Shown: in pieces, positions 62,000 to 64,000 of the stretch | Layout of the letters: the number at the start of each line of letters is the position of its first letter | Numbering within the stretch: the stretch's first letter is position 1 | Sequence record: NC_048047.1 | Strand: one strand, 5' to 3' | DNA: 64,000 bases | Made by a program: the position numbers and the translations under genes | The notes under the pieces: model-generated | Told to the model about the DNA's origin: nothing | What the model saw: only the letters and a program-made list of their open reading frames with translations | Databases searched by the model: none

Positions 62000-63880
62000 G
62001 TGGCCGTCGCGCAGCTTCAATCCACCGCCAAGCTGGAGGTCACGACAGACGCGAACCTGAGCGTCTTTCTGGCCAACCCGCCGGCTGGCGACAACGAACT
62101 GCGCTGCAACACCTTCGACATGTGGTTGGAGGTCGAGGAGGACATCAATGTCCGCCACGCCCAGCCACTGGTCTTCGGCACCGCGCCCGAGCCTGAAGGG
62201 CAGACGGCCGGCGTCCTGGACGCCTGCGATGTGGAGACCTTCTGTGGTCCCTGCGGCGAAGGCGGCTCGGGCAACGGCGGTGGGGGCGAGTTCGACGGTA
62301 CCGGCTTTGACATCATCCTTGGCCCCGTCGCCCAGCAAGGCGATGGCTCCTGGGACGGCGCAGCGCCTCTCAACGATTCTACCCCGGTCTCCGAAGCGAT
62401 CGACCGGCTGAACGAAATCCTGGGCCGGCTGGTGCCGAGCGCCCCTCCTGAGTTCCCTAACGGGAGCTTGTCGGTGGCCAACGGCTCGGGTTCTTCGCCG
62501 CGACTGGCGTCGGGCGTGCCGGACAATTCCGGCGACACGCCCTACGCGGCCGGCGCGAGCGTGACGCGGATCACCGCCTCGGGCGTGACCAGCTTCACGT
62601 TCAACGACGTGGGTCCAGGCAACAGCGGCGCCCTCCAGGTCCTGGTCAACGGCGCGATCGCCGCCACCCGGACGCTGACCGGCGCGGACGAAGGCAACTA
62701 CGCCGGCTTGGTCATCGCCGATCAGAAGGACTACCCGCCTTCGACGCCGGGCTTCTACAAGTCGCTCGACGCCACGGCCTCCAACGTCGCCGCGCCCGTC
62801 GGCGTCAACAAGTTCCAGATGAAGCACACCGGCGCTGGCCAGACCAACGTCGTCTACTTCGTCCGAGACGCCTTTACCGCCTCGCCTGCGGTCAGTGCTC
62901 CGTCCCTGGCGCTTCAGAGCCTGGGCACGCTGGCCTACTCCTCGGGCGTGCCGCACTTCGGGACCGGCGGCCAGCTACTGGTCGGAGCCTCGACCAACAA
63001 CTTCGCGGGTGAGACCTACTACGGTGGGTCTGACCCGTTCAGCGTTTCGGGCTCGGGCGGCATCATGTCCACTCAGAGCTTCGGCTACGCGGCCCTGGGC
63101 CTGACGACGCCGTTCGCGCGCAACACCACCGCGACCGCCGCCCTCACGCCCCAGGTCGTCAGCATCAACGGCTCGGTCCACGGCTCTGGGCAGGTCTCGG
63201 GCACGGCGCGCAACGTCAACGGTTCGGGCTCGGCGCTGCTGTCGACGACCACGATCCTGGTCAAGAACGGCGGGGCCGGCGGACGCATCGACGAGAACGC
63301 CGTCACCGTCTCGGGCCTGGGGTCGAGCCCCAACGGCAATATGGCCGTCCGGGTCAAGCTCGGCGCGGGTGACACGCCCGGCGGCGCCTATCAGGCCTGG
63401 GTCTCGGCCGACCCACTCGACACCTGGGAAGCCGCCGTCGTCGCCGGCGTCCTGGCCCACAACCAGACGGACTATACGGCGGGGGTCCTGCCGCAAGGTC
63501 CAGACTACTCGATCGGGCGCAGTGGCGCCCAGTACGTCACCTTCCTGTTCCAGCGCGCGCCGCTGTCGCAGTTCAAGATCGCCGTCACAGGTGCCTATGC
63601 CGGCTGCTGGACCAAGCTGCCCGGCGTGTCCGACGCCACCCCCAACGCCCCGAACGGCTGGTGGAATGGCTTCAAGGCCTATGACGGCGCCGGCGTCCCC
63701 GGCGAAGCAGGCGACCCCGACGCCGGCTGCGCCACGGGCGCGGTCATGACCGGAGGGTCGGGGACCTTCACCATGACCTTCGGCACCCAGTCCTCCACCA
63801 ACGCGACCGGCAACACGATCCTGGTCCGCTTCAAGCTCAACCCAGGGCAGTCGATCACCGCCCTCTCGTTCACCGCCTAA
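62000..63880 (+). CDS. Large beta-rich virion structural protein, 626 aa
   Basis: Gly/Ser/Thr/Ala-rich protein in the structural module. Confidence 0.65.
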   Translation: MAVAQLQSTAKLEVTTDANLSVFLANPPAGDNELRCNTFDMWLEVEEDINVRHAQPLVFGTAPEPEGQTAGVLDACDVETFCGPCGEGGSGNGGGGEFDGTGFDIILGPVAQQGDGSWDGAAPLNDSTPVSEAIDRLNEILGRLVPSAPPEFPNGSLSVANGSGSSPRLASGVPDNSGDTPYAAGASVTRITASGVTSFTFNDVGPGNSGALQVLVNGAIAATRTLTGADEGNYAGLVIADQKDYPPSTPGFYKSLDATASNVAAPVGVNKFQMKHTGAGQTNVVYFVRDAFTASPAVSAPSLALQSLGTLAYSSGVPHFGTGGQLLVGASTNNFAGETYYGGSDPFSVSGSGGIMSTQSFGYAALGLTTPFARNTTATAALTPQVVSINGSVHGSGQVSGTARNVNGSGSALLSTTTILVKNGGAGGRIDENAVTVSGLGSSPNGNMAVRVKLGAGDTPGGAYQAWVSADPLDTWEAAVVAGVLAHNQTDYTAGVLPQGPDYSIGRSGAQYVTFLFQRAPLSQFKIAVTGAYAGCWTKLPGVSDATPNAPNGWWNGFKAYDGAGVPGEAGDPDAGCATGAVMTGGSGTFTMTFGTQSSTNATGNTILVRFKLNPGQSITALSFTA

Positions 63881-63889
63881 GGACAGCCA

Positions 63890-64000
63890 GTGGCCATCAG
63901 TGACAGCGAAAAGGTCGACTTCCTCTGGAAGAAGATCATCTACGGCGCCACCAAGACGGCGAGCCCGGCCAACAAGGCTGGCTCGAACGAAGCCATCCCC
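63890..64000 (+). CDS. Structural protein, 3' partial (MAISDSEKVDFLWKKIIYG...)
   Basis: GTG start after SD AGGA; the frame runs off the window. Confidence 0.6.
   Translation, partial: MAISDSEKVDFLWKKIIYGATKTASPANKAGSNEAIP

Noticed and set aside
1-64000. Integrase, transposase, IS or reverse transcriptase explaining the cassette array
   Set aside because: No such catalytic motifs were recognised in any ORF in this window, so the recombination model needs a factor encoded elsewhere.

Overview
A GC-rich (roughly two-thirds GC by eye) segment of a large lytic tailed-phage genome, most consistent with a phiCbK-like Caulobacter/Brevundimonas phage (Dolichocephalovirinae-type). The layout has six parts. 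(1) The 3' end of the terminase large subunit gene, 1-420. (2) A mostly non-coding block of about 1.7 kb with four distinct repeat arrays, 1165-2620, a candidate genome end or packaging region. (3) A 20-kb plus-strand early region, 2863-22589, built from 24 self-contained expression cassettes. Each has a sigma70-type promoter, and many are preceded by a terminator and a TTAACCTTAA-N7-TTAAGGTTAA palindrome or half-site. 23 of the 24 promoters carry a GCAT-N9-ATGC dyad. An AT-rich boundary follows at 22.7-23.2 kb. (4) A 13-kb minus-strand run of small genes, including CoaB-like, DEDDh nuclease and YqeY genes and two paralog expansions. (5) The portal gene, followed by about 17 kb of accessory genes (FlbD-like, Tad1/Acb2-like hairpin, MazG-like, HslV-like, DUF3268, HNH, RlaP-like). 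(6) Scaffold, major capsid, decoration and fibre-like structural genes. The best unexplained signals are the cassette array with its putative operator and recombination-site-like palindromes, a duplicated 20-aa micropeptide conserved through 12 silent changes, two SD-ATG-AAG-stop minigenes, and two non-SSB proteins ending in an SSB-type DDEIPF/ADEIPF tail. All functional calls come from motif recognition by eye; no database searches were run.
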